From Trichodesmium erythraeum IMS101 (lineage in GTDB: Bacteria > Cyanobacteriota > Cyanobacteriia > Cyanobacteriales > Microcoleaceae), in contig NC_008312.1 in NCBI RefSeq assembly GCF_000014265.1, positions 6,030,001-6,062,000 of the forward strand: a stretch of 32,000 nt of DNA, in the 5' to 3' direction. Positions 9,001-17,784 of the stretch are shown one piece after another; the first letter of the stretch is position 1; the number at the start of each line of letters is the position of its first letter. The notes beneath the pieces were generated by a model. It was given only the letters and a program-made list of their open reading frames with translations. It searched no databases and had not been told where the DNA came from. Position numbers and translations under genes: made by a program.

Positions 9001-10260
9001 ATGACTAAAAATGATGAAGCATGGGAAAAGCTATTTGAGAGATATAAGATATTAGAGGAGGTCAATAAAAACGGCTGTTTTAAAATACAAACATCTCAAA
9101 TTAATCAGGAACGAGAAAGTCGACTTATGGCAAAATTTGACCATGTTGTTCACTTACCAAAAATTTTCAGAGATAATAATTTATCAATTCTACCACTTTC
9201 TCGTTATCAATATATTATTGGTCACTTTTGTACACACTTTCCAGTTAAATATAACCTCAAAATCAAAACTATTTCTTGGCAGTTTCCCAGAGAAATAGAA
9301 ACCATAGATTACACTAATTTATATTCTGAAAGTTCCGCATTACTTTGTGCATTTAATATAGGTATTCTCCATGACTTAGTTGGCTCAGAAACTAAATTTA
9401 CTGTTTCAGGCAGAATGTCTACTGGAATTTTTGACTTTTACATTAAAAATTATCTGAACAATCAGCTATATACAATCAATGTTACTAATTCTCAGTGCGA
9501 AATAGATGGAGGTTTTGAAACTGATAACTTTTTAATTTTAATCGAAGCTAAAAACTACAAAGTTGAGGATTTTTTAATCAGACAACTCTATTATCCTTAT
9601 AGATTATGGTCAAAGAAAATTAGCAAGAAAGTTATACCAGTATTAATGACTTACTCCAACGATATTTTCAGTTTTTTTATTTATGATTTTGTAGATATAT
9701 TAGACTATAATTCTATCACCTTGATAGAACAAAAAAATTATGAAATTGCTTCAGAAAAAATACAGTCAAGTGAGATAAACTTACTACTCAGTAAAATTAA
9801 AGTTGTTCCTGATCCAGTAAAAATTCCATTTCCACAAGCAGATAAATTTGACAGACTAATAGACTTAATTTCCCTACTATTAGAAAATGGTTTGACTTCA
9901 GATGATATCACAGAAAATTATCAGTTTGACAAAAGACAAACAGATTATTATACAAGTGCTGGAAAATATTTAGGACTCATAGAAAAACAAGGAAAAATAT
10001 TTACTTTGACCGATGAAGCCAAATATATTTGGCGTCAACCACATCAACTAAAATATTTGAAGTTAATCGAAAAAATTTTGGTACACGAAGTATTTTATCA
10101 AGTATTTCAGTTATCTTTAAAATATGGTGATATTCCCTCAAAAGAAAAAATTACTCAACTTATGTATGAAAGTAATTTAGAAATCCGAAATACAACAATA
10201 GATAGACGAGCTTCTACTGTAAAAGGATGGATATATTGGATCTGGTCACAAATTGACTAA
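9001..10260 (+). CDS. Putative PD-(D/E)xK restriction-endonuclease-like protein (419 aa) with a helical, possibly wHTH, C-terminal domain; candidate partner of the upstream methyltransferase
   Basis: Candidate nuclease core ...EIDGGFETDNFLILIEAKNYK..., that is D-x(n)-E-A-K. Same strand as the methylase, and the relic methylase 3' end abuts its start. I did not recognise a named REase family. Confidence 0.45.
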   Translation: MTKNDEAWEKLFERYKILEEVNKNGCFKIQTSQINQERESRLMAKFDHVVHLPKIFRDNNLSILPLSRYQYIIGHFCTHFPVKYNLKIKTISWQFPREIETIDYTNLYSESSALLCAFNIGILHDLVGSETKFTVSGRMSTGIFDFYIKNYLNNQLYTINVTNSQCEIDGGFETDNFLILIEAKNYKVEDFLIRQLYYPYRLWSKKISKKVIPVLMTYSNDIFSFFIYDFVDILDYNSITLIEQKNYEIASEKIQSSEINLLLSKIKVVPDPVKIPFPQADKFDRLIDLISLLLENGLTSDDITENYQFDKRQTDYYTSAGKYLGLIEKQGKIFTLTDEAKYIWRQPHQLKYLKLIEKILVHEVFYQVFQLSLKYGDIPSKEKITQLMYESNLEIRNTTIDRRASTVKGWIYWIWSQID

Positions 10261-10315
10261 GTAGATATTAAACTAAATAATGTTATGTAGAGTTGAATTT
10301 ATATCTAATAAAATT

Positions 10316-10519
10316 ATGCAAGAATTCTTTAACAACGTTTCCCGCTATCCACGATACTTCATTACCATTACCCTTGGTATATTCTTCTTTCTCTTTGACC
10401 AACTGAAACCACTTCTAAATAAGCCTATTACGGCGATCGCTCTTATTGGCTTAATTATTGGGACATTTATTTTTCTGGCCTTAACTCTACAAGCTATGTT
10501 AGGTATAAATCCAATTTAA
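10316..10519 (+). CDS. Small two-TM membrane protein, DUF751/Ycf33-like (67 aa from the ATG at 10316; the ORF is open from 10280)
   Basis: MQEFFNNVSRYPRYFITITLGIFFFLF...IALIGLIIGTFIFLALTL. Size and N-terminal motif resemble the conserved cyanobacterial/plastid small protein family. Family name is from memory. Confidence 0.5.
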   Translation: MQEFFNNVSRYPRYFITITLGIFFFLFDQLKPLLNKPITAIALIGLIIGTFIFLALTLQAMLGINPI

Positions 10520-10938
10520 CGAATCTCAAAACATAAACATTTACCTATTAGCTATGAGAAAATGTAGAAAGAAGACCCATATTATAATCCTTTTATCCAA
10601 ATTCTTTCATCAAAATGTAGATAATATGTTAAGATAACTATTTAAAGCTTTGTATAATTATCATATATATTATGTAAAAATAAAATATAAATTTATAAAG
10701 GCAAAGGTTAATATTAATTTGATGAAGCCGAACCTCAATATCCTCAAGGTTTAGAGTTTAAATATAGCTCTACCCATAACTAACTCATGATACATTGTAA
10801 TCTATGAATTGATTTTTAATATCTAAATGCTCCCCAAAAAGGATTGACTAATGTCTAGGCTATATGTTAAGTAGTGCGACAAAAGCGCTTAAGTCATAAG
10901 GTAATTAGGTGAGAAATAACCTCATAAAAAGTTAAAAA

Positions 10939-11544
10939 ATGGAGTATAGGCTAATGAACGCAATGGAATTTTTTCAAAGAAGTGCTGGTAAATGGCGATC
11001 GCAACGTACAACTCATCACCTAGCTTTTAGACAAGCAGAAATTGGACACTCAGATATTGAAGTGATCAACCTGGATGCTAAGGATCCAAAAATACTGGAA
11101 ATCTGTAAAATGCACGAAATTGATCCAAGTTTAGCTGCAGGAGGGGCTTTTGTAACTTGGGATGGTTCTATGGCATGGGATAAAGATGATGAAAATCATA
11201 AGGGGTCAACTGTATTTGCTATTGTTCCTGACTCAGAAAATCCAAGATCTGGCAGAATGTTACGAGAGCGTGGCTATGCTGAAATTATCCCGGTGGTGGG
11301 ACGTTTTGAGATGGATGATGAAGATGGGTTAAATCTAATTACTGAATATGAAACTATGAGTTCTATTGAAAGATTTTGGTTTACCAGTCCTAATTTGAGG
11401 ATGCGAAGTAGTGCAGTAAAGAGGTTTGGTGGATTTAATACTTCGACTTTTTGCACAGAGGTACGCTTAGTTGAAAGTAACTCAGATTCACAAACAGAAA
11501 CACCCCATGTTGATTTAGAATATTACTCTGCTTTTGGTTGGTAA
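10939..11544 (+). CDS. cpcS: Phycobiliprotein bilin lyase, CpcS/CpeS family (likely true start is the ATG at 10954)
   Basis: MEFFQRSAGKWRSQRTTHHLAFRQAE ... GGAFVTWDGSMAWDKDDENHKGSTVFAIVPD ... RERGYAEI ... TEYETMSSIERFWF ... RFGGFNTSTFCTE. These are hallmark CpcS-type motifs. Confidence 0.85.
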   Translation: MEYRLMNAMEFFQRSAGKWRSQRTTHHLAFRQAEIGHSDIEVINLDAKDPKILEICKMHEIDPSLAAGGAFVTWDGSMAWDKDDENHKGSTVFAIVPDSENPRSGRMLRERGYAEIIPVVGRFEMDDEDGLNLITEYETMSSIERFWFTSPNLRMRSSAVKRFGGFNTSTFCTEVRLVESNSDSQTETPHVDLEYYSAFGW

Positions 11545-11833
11545 ATTAAGAGAAGTCCTATAGCCCCATTAGCTGTATTTAAAAGGATAGAAAATACCCT
11601 AATTCCCCTGGTGAGATGCTATAAAAAAATTATCTTGAGAATTATTAAATATCTATCAAGAATATTACAGATTGTTGCGTAAATAAATAAAAGTAAGACC
11701 TGAATTCCCTCAATCCCTTAATCTATAAGTTGGGCTCTTAACAGAACTTTCGGGAATCCCAATCAAGTGTAATGTACTATGGCCACACTTGATAAATTAT
11801 ATTTATATTTAATAATTTTAAGGAGATGACGAC

Positions 11834-12592
11834 GTGGCAATTCCATTATTAGAGTACAGACCCAAAAGTCAAAATTCACGGGTTCCAGGTTATGTAGTGC
11901 CTGGTGACGACCAACCAATTATTTATTCTGCCGAACTTTTACCCTCAGCGGTAGAGTGGGATGAGTTAATTTGGGCAGCTTATCGCCAAATTTATAGTGA
12001 ACATCAAATTTTGAAGAGCGATCGCCAAACGTTCCTAGAATCTCAGCTCAAGAATGGCCAAATTACAGTTCGAGATTTTATTCGAGGTTTGCTAACTTCT
12101 CCGGCCTTCCGTCGGAACAACTACGAAACAAATAGTAACTATCGCTTTGTTGAGTTATGCGTTCAAAGAGTGTTAGGTCGTGATGTTTATAACGAAGGGG
12201 AAAAGCTTGCTTGGTCTATAATTATAGCTACCAAGGGTATTGAAGGTTTTATTGATAAGTTGCTTGATAGTGAAGAATACCTCGACAACTTTGGCTTTGA
12301 AACTGTACCCTACCAACGTCGTCGGGTTCTACCCCAGCGTAGCGTCGGAGAAACACCTTTTAATCTGAAGACACCTCGTTATGGGTCTTACTACCGTGGT
12401 GTTTTAGGCTTTCCTAAATTTATGTATCAAAATCAAATATTTACCTTTACTCCTCAAGAAAAGAAAGCTAAAGCAGGAGATCCTTCTCTATACTTGAATT
12501 TGGTACGGAGTCTTAAGGTACAAGAGCCCGTAGCAAAGACACCAGACCTAGGTAGTGTTAATCTGGATATGGTACCTTATCGTAAGAGATAA
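11834..12592 (+). CDS. cpcG: Phycobilisome rod-core linker polypeptide CpcG (GTG start, 252 aa)
   Basis: MAIPLLEYRPKSQNSRV ... AAYRQI ... ESQLKNGQITVRDFIRGLL ... NSNYRFVELCVQRVLGRDVY ... LAWSIIIATKG ... DSEEYLDNFGFETVPYQRRR. A PBS-linker domain with CpcG-type length and N-terminus. Confidence 0.9.
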   Translation: MAIPLLEYRPKSQNSRVPGYVVPGDDQPIIYSAELLPSAVEWDELIWAAYRQIYSEHQILKSDRQTFLESQLKNGQITVRDFIRGLLTSPAFRRNNYETNSNYRFVELCVQRVLGRDVYNEGEKLAWSIIIATKGIEGFIDKLLDSEEYLDNFGFETVPYQRRRVLPQRSVGETPFNLKTPRYGSYYRGVLGFPKFMYQNQIFTFTPQEKKAKAGDPSLYLNLVRSLKVQEPVAKTPDLGSVNLDMVPYRKR

Positions 12593-13037
12593 AAAAAAGG
12601 AAAATTTTGCTTAAAAGTCCGTTCCTTATGGTATGACTTTTGTTAAACAAGAAAAAACCTCTTGCTAGGTTGAAGGATAATTTTATTCCTTAATCTTTAT
12701 CTTTCAACAGCACAGACTTACCTTCCCCACCTTATAAAGGTAAAATTTATGCTGAAGAATTAAGCAAGAGGTTTAAATTTAGATGCTCCTGATGTACTAA
12801 CTCCCTAGATATTTCCTACTTCCCAAAAAGGAATGGGTTGTAGGATAACTGAACTTACAAAGGTTTTTAATAAGCTTTGTAGAAGTTCATAGTTCGTCTG
12901 TACTATGTCTATATTAGTACTATGTTTAATCAAATTCAATTGGGTTATTACAATAGCCCGATTTTATCCTATGGTTTCGTCATAATCAATTAGTAATATC
13001 TAATAGCAAAATTTATCTAAACAAAAGTAAATTTATA

Positions 13038-13112
13038 GCAATCGAAGTAAAGGTTAGGATGTCAACTTAATAGCATACATCAACTCTACCTTTTTAATCT
13101 TCTCTTGTTCCT
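13038..13112. repeat. Solo copy of the IS630-like element terminus (compare 13527-13605)
   Basis: gcaatcgaagtaaaggttaggatgtcaacttaatagcatacatcaactct...ttctcttgttcc versus gcacaatcgaagcaaaggttaggatgttaacttaacagcataatcaactct...ttctcttgttcc. About 80% identity by eye. Confidence 0.6.
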
Positions 13113-13139
13113 TCGTATTCACTCAATATGATGGGGTAG

Positions 13140-13500
13140 GCAATGATTTATAGTTACCAAGACCAACCAAAGGAATGAAGAAAGGAGCGATACAGCTAAC
13201 GCCACCCTCCGCAAACGTAAATAATAGTTGCCACAGCAGGAATATTCATGGTCTGAGAAATGCGATCATGTACATATTCAAAAAAGCTTGATCCTAGCTT
13301 ACGAGTAGTAGCAACCAGGAACATAAAAGTATCCTAAGATGCAGTCTCCTCCATCGTCTGAGTTTCATAACTGATTTTGAAAAGTTCTAAAAATTCAGAG
13401 TGTAGCCTTAAGGCAGTCGAAAGTTTGGGAGAATCTGTTAAAGGCCAGTAACACTCGGTATCATACCAAAAATAATCCAAGAATTGTTGGAGGAGTTTTT
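13140..13500 (-). pseudogene. Fragment of an unclassified transposase C-terminus (stops and frame breaks)
   Basis: Minus-strand reading gives ...YQKLLQQFLDYFWYDTECYWPLTDSPKLSTALRLHSEFLELF...DTFMFLVATTRKLGSSFFEYVHDRISQTMNIPAVATII... The TxRKLGxxFxxYxxDRI pattern is typical of transposase C-termini. Family not identified. Confidence 0.3.
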
Positions 13501-13526
13501 GATAATAATTAACCTTGGGAGTTATA

Positions 13527-14476
13527 GCACAATCGAAGCAAAGGTTAGGATGTTAACTTAACAGCATAATCAACTCTCAATGCGAAAATTTTCTCTTGTT
13601 CCAACGGACTTTCTGAGGAGGTTTTTAATTGGAAACCAATAATTTTCTATTTCATTTAAGTCAGGAGAATATGGTGATAAATATTCAATTTCACTTTGGC
13701 ACTGATTCTATTAACTCTCTAATTTTTGGGGATTTATGAAAACTTGCATTGTCTAAATACTACTAATTGTCCTATTTTTAATTGTGGCCGCAATTTTTCT
13801 GCCAACCATTTTTCAAAAACTACACGGTTATAAGAGCCTTCAAATTGTCTTATGGAGCAACTAATTTGCCCTGACACAAACCACTTATAACACTTACCCT
13901 TAGACTTCTTTTTCCTGACTTAAAATCGTAATATCTTTTTCCCAATTCATTCGATCCATAACCATAATCTTCTCTATTGTCCATACCTGATTTATCTATA
14001 TACACCAACTGTTCCGACCTTTTATCGCGCAATCTTGGCCAGAAATTTTTTTCTTTTGTCTTTATCTCTTTCTCTGTAACCGTAAGTTTTTTTTCTTGTA
14101 TAACCAATTTTTTTTAACGCTTTACTTATGGTGCGATCGCTTACTGATTCTGGCCATTCAGAAGCCATTTCTTTTTGAGTTTTACTGCCATTAATCTTGG
14201 CAAATGCTCGCTTATTGTTCTAAGTCTGGTATTTTGGGATTATATTCTTTTTGATAACCTGTTAATGCTATTATATCCCCAGTTTCTCTTCTTCTATGTA
14301 ACCAAGTATTTATGGTATTACGACTAATCTTAAATATAGAACTTACTTGAGTTGTACTCATCCCAACATAAATAGCCTTTTAAACTTTTTGTCTTAAGTC
14401 ATAGCTATAAGGAAAAGGCATAATCTTTCCTAGATAATTTTTCGAGCATTATTTCCTAATATTTGCTTCGACTACT
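13527..14476 (-). mobile_element. Decayed IS630 (Tc1/mariner)-family insertion sequence, ~950 bp, with imperfect terminal inverted repeats and flanking TA
   Basis: Left end gcacaatcgaagcaaaggttagga (13527-13550). Right end tcctaatatttgcttcgactac (14454-14476). The two share the core tcgaagcaaa..ttagga in inverted orientation. TA lies at 13525-13526 and 14477-14478. Confidence 0.55.
13570..14421 (-). pseudogene. IS630-family transposase pseudogene (multiple in-frame stops and frameshifts)
   Basis: Minus strand from the ATG at 14421: MPFPYSYDLRQKV*KAIYVGMSTTQVSSIFKISRNTINTWLHRRRETGD (HTH region). ORF 13850..14107 reads LVYIDKSGMDNREDYGYGSNELGKRYYDFKSGKRSLRVSVISGLCQGKLVAP (DDE region). The tail reads ...LSPYSPDLNEIENYWFPIKNLLRK. 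Confidence 0.8.
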
Positions 14477-14690
14477 ATACCAAAATACTAAAACAGCCTT
14501 AGAAAATAGGATATACCAAAAACAAAAATTACAGGATTTACCTGAAGGATATATATCAGTAAACAATATGTTGATATTAGATAAGGAAGGATATACCCAT
14601 GACTTGAGACATTTAACAGAGGAGCCAGATGAGGTTAAAGTCTCAAGTCCGGTTTTGAAGACGAGTCGGGTAAGGTAACTTACCTGGCGA
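14463..14690 (+). mobile_element. Orphan 3' remnant of a second group II intron: decayed IEP C-terminus, domain V, domain VI-like hairpin
   Basis: DV-like 34-mer gagccagatgaggttaaagtctcaagtccggttt at 14622-14655, which aligns position by position with the DV at 7123-7156 and with canonical DV. The overlapping ORF ends ...THDLRHLTEEPDEVKVSSPVLKTSRVR, a typical IEP tail that reads through DV. The hairpin gggtaaggtaacttacc follows. No 5' intron part is present upstream; the IS630 end abuts it instead. Confidence 0.6.
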
Positions 14691-14700
14691 ATGTTTAACA

Positions 14701-16089
14701 TTATTCGCAACGCAACCATATAATAACTGTAGTACCACCATTAATTACTAAATCTTGCTCTTTTAAATAACTAGGTAACCATTCAGTCTCTACAGGAGAA
14801 TATACTTGAATTTTACCTTGCATTTCATTTATCAAATCACGAGCAATAGCTAATCCTAATCCTGTTCCTGGAATATTTGTTTTAGCTTTTTCTCCTCGAT
14901 AGTTTCGTTCAAATAAGTGTTCTAAATCTTTTGCTGAAATGCCATAACCTGTATCGCTAACAGCTATAGCTAACATTTCTTCTGTTTCACTATTAATTGA
15001 TTTATGATGACTTGTTTGCGGAGCTAAAGTTGCTAACTTAATATAAATATTTCCTTGAATAGGAGTATATTTTAAAGCATTATCAATAATATTACTTAAT
15101 ACTTCTCGTAAAGCTTTAGAATTAGCTTTTATGGTTGGTAAACTATCAGGAAAATCAACTTGTAAATCTATATTATTTTCATTAGCAATTGCTTTAGCAG
15201 AAACTAATAAAGGTTCTAAAACTTGTTGTACAAAAACTGATTCTAAAAAATTCGCTCCAGGTAAAAGTCCCAGAGGTTTATATTTTTGATTAGCTTCTTG
15301 ATGAACATCTATGATTTCTTCACCTTGAAAATACTGATTTTCAGCAGAAATACTCAATATTTCTTTCCCAGCATCAACAGTTTCATCAATTTGTTCAATT
15401 AATTCTCTAAGTCGATCACTTTCCCGTAAAATACTATTAGTTATATTCCAGTTTTTGTCTTCTGGTAAAAATTTTTTTAGTAATAACTTACCAAAAGTTC
15501 GTAGGGCAGTTAATGGACTTTTTAACTGATGCAGTATATTATGCATCGTATCAAACTGTTGGACTTGCAACTCCTGTTGTTGCTGAAATTGCTGTTTTAA
15601 CCATTGAGAACGTTGATCTAGAATACAGGCTACAGTAATAGTATGAGCTACTTTTTGAATTTGAGTTTCTTCTTTTTGAGTCCAGGGTCGGTCTTCTCTT
15701 GCTGTTACCAGTAATCCTATAACTACTCCATCATGGATTAAGGGTAAAACAATTTGACATTTTGGCCAAGGATGATTTTGACTCCCAGAATTTGATTCTT
15801 TTGTATAATTGCTTGCTTCTAAAATCGGATAATTTTTGCCCATCATTAGGGGGGCTGCTGACAATTTTGGAAGGTTATCTAGTGTTTGTATTTCTGAGTT
15901 GACCTTTAAAACTGAAGTTTTTTTCTCATCTTGGGGTATTTCTGGATATACAATAATAGGAATTAGCTTGGCTTCACCCCCTTCAGCCAGTTTTTCTGTC
16001 AAGTAAACTATACTTAAAGTTGCACCCAAACTAGATACCAGAGATATCTGGGTTCTACAAAGTCCAATAAATTCTGTACTTGTGGGCAT
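14701..16089 (-). CDS. Soluble sensor histidine kinase with N-terminal GAF-like domain (possibly Hik2/CSK-type), 462 aa
   Basis: H-box HQLKSPLTALRTFGKLL. N-box SNIIDNALKYT. G1 VSDTGYGI. G2 GTGLGLAIARDL. No TM segments are evident. The first ~150 aa look GAF-like. Confidence 0.85.
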   Translation of the reverse strand: MPTSTEFIGLCRTQISLVSSLGATLSIVYLTEKLAEGGEAKLIPIIVYPEIPQDEKKTSVLKVNSEIQTLDNLPKLSAAPLMMGKNYPILEASNYTKESNSGSQNHPWPKCQIVLPLIHDGVVIGLLVTAREDRPWTQKEETQIQKVAHTITVACILDQRSQWLKQQFQQQQELQVQQFDTMHNILHQLKSPLTALRTFGKLLLKKFLPEDKNWNITNSILRESDRLRELIEQIDETVDAGKEILSISAENQYFQGEEIIDVHQEANQKYKPLGLLPGANFLESVFVQQVLEPLLVSAKAIANENNIDLQVDFPDSLPTIKANSKALREVLSNIIDNALKYTPIQGNIYIKLATLAPQTSHHKSINSETEEMLAIAVSDTGYGISAKDLEHLFERNYRGEKAKTNIPGTGLGLAIARDLINEMQGKIQVYSPVETEWLPSYLKEQDLVINGGTTVIIWLRCE

Positions 16090-16274
16090 GAGAATTAGAG
16101 CTATTTGTCGTATTTTCCACGGTTATATCAGTATTTTTTAGATTTTAGATAACGCAGCTTATATTTTGTATCAAAATATTAAAAACACTTGAGTTTTTCT
16201 GTTATAATTTATATAATTTTATCAAATTTGGTAGCCATAACTACACTCATCGGGTAACACAGGAGGTAAGGAAA

Positions 16275-16613
16275 TTGGCTAGAAGACGTAAGCGTAAAAG
16301 TCGTCGAAGACAAGAAGGACGCAGGATACTTGAGCAAGTTGCTCAGTATAGTATAGAAAGTGGTGAAGATAAACCAGTGACTGCAGCTCGCAAGTTTATC
16401 CATTCACAAGGTATTGTCCCACCTGCTGTACTTCTAGTTAGAAGAAATGAGCATACTACTGATAGGTACTTCTGGGCCGAAAAAGGTTTATTTGGAGCCC
16501 AGTATGTTGAAGAAAATCATTTCTTGTTTCCTAGCTTAAAAGTTTTGATAGAACTTCAAACACCTGATAAAAAACAGGTACTTAGTTCTACTTCAACTAT
16601 AACTCAAGTTTAA
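16275..16613 (+). CDS. Conserved cyanobacterial hypothetical protein (DUF3155-like), TTG start, 112 aa
   Basis: Basic N-terminus ARRRKRKSRRRQEGRRILE, then IESGEDKPVTAARKFI...RRNEHTTDRYFWAEKGLFGAQYVEENHFLFPSL. Family name recalled from memory, not searched. Confidence 0.55.
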   Translation: MARRRKRKSRRRQEGRRILEQVAQYSIESGEDKPVTAARKFIHSQGIVPPAVLLVRRNEHTTDRYFWAEKGLFGAQYVEENHFLFPSLKVLIELQTPDKKQVLSSTSTITQV

Positions 16614-16836
16614 AGGCCTTGTATTATATTAAACGTTTTTTTATGGGTAAGCTAGTAAGTTTTTTTTGAGTTACTAGCAACAAGCACCAAATTCTAATTA
16701 AATTAAGCAAGAGAATAATAATAAACTAACCATTCCAAGCTTGTTTAACTTAGTAGTATATAGTTCAATATATTATTGCCTGAGAAGGTTCAATGAACTA
16801 AGATTTTAAGTTTCCATCTGCCAATGGACTTAAACT

Positions 16837-16902
16837 CTTAGTTATTTTTATAGCTTACCAAAATAAACTACCGATAATGTTTTAATAACATTTTTTAACA
16901 AT
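16837..16902. repeat. Copy A of a ~70-bp dispersed repeat (IS200/IS605 right-end-like), solitary
   Basis: cttagttatttttatagcttaccaaaataaactaccgataatgttttaataacattttttaacaat. It contains the small hairpin aatgtt-atta-aaacatt. Matches copy B at roughly 80% by eye. Confidence 0.6.
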
Positions 16903-17520
16903 GAACAACATAAATATCTACTGAAAGGTTTAGCTTTACTTATCTGCATCTGAAAAAAGAGGATTAATTACTTGAGACAAAAATTAAGCTTCAATATACA
17001 AATAAACTTAAGCTATAAGAATTCAGGCGAGAGTAATTACGATTTACCTCAATATCTGTAACTAGTTAATTCCTGATACAGATTGACTAAACAATCAAAG
17101 GATGATATGATACATAATTAAAATTGAGTTATATTTATTACAGATATTTAACTACAAAGAACCGTATATAAATTTTCAAAAAAAGGAACTGACAAATATC
17201 ATATTATAGATAAAAAAATATAAAAATTCAAACTTAAAATAGATTTATAGAGTAATGCTTGTTACCAGTTACTATCAACTAAACCGCTAATAATTTACTG
17301 ACTTTACTACAAATCTGTGGTAGCCAATAAATTTATGCAATTAATGTGTTTGATTAGTATTTAAATACAAGTAAATGAAATAACTTGTAAATATTACTTA
17401 TAATGGTCTTTTTTTAATTCCTACATATCTAAAATTCATTATTGGGAAAGATTGACATATCATAGTAGCACCAATATATCTTCTTTCGCCTAAATCTTTA
17501 ACTTAATACTTTAAAAATAT

Positions 17521-17594
17521 CTTAGTTATTTCTTATAACTATAGCTTACCAAAAAAAAACTACCTATATAGTTTTGATAACATTTTTTAACAAT
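17521..17594. repeat. Copy B of the same repeat, overlapping the stop codon of the TnpB relic
   Basis: cttagttatttcttataactatagcttaccaaaaaaaaactacctatatagttttgataacattttttaacaat. The TnpB-relic stop (minus strand, 17589-17587) lies inside it. Confidence 0.6.
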
Positions 17595-17784
17595 ACATTT
17601 CTAGCCGTTTAGTTAAAATTTTCCTTGCTGCATTATGCTCTCTATCAGGTTTATAATCGTAGTTTATAAATTCGTGAGTTCCCTCCAGATCATGATCCCA
17701 ATGTATTTGACCACAATTTGAACATTCTTGAGACGTAAAGACGTAAAATGTGGATGTACCGCAACAAAAACAATTCTGTCCAAC
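17587..17784 (-). pseudogene. C-terminal relic of an IS200/IS605-family TnpB (OrfB) RNA-guided nuclease
   Basis: Minus-strand reading VGQNCFCCGTSTFYVFTSQECSNCGQIHWDHDLEGTHEFINYDYKPDREHNAARKILTKRLEMYC*. This matches the TnpB tail pattern YTSQxCSxCG ... (CxxCG lost) ... DRDxNAAxNIL. No intact N-terminal part lies upstream. Confidence 0.55.

Noticed and set aside
14456-14719. ORFs 14463..14678(+) and 14456..14719(-) as real genes
   Set aside because: The plus-strand ORF is better explained as the decayed C-terminal reading frame of a truncated group II intron IEP running through domain V. The minus-strand ORF is its antisense shadow.
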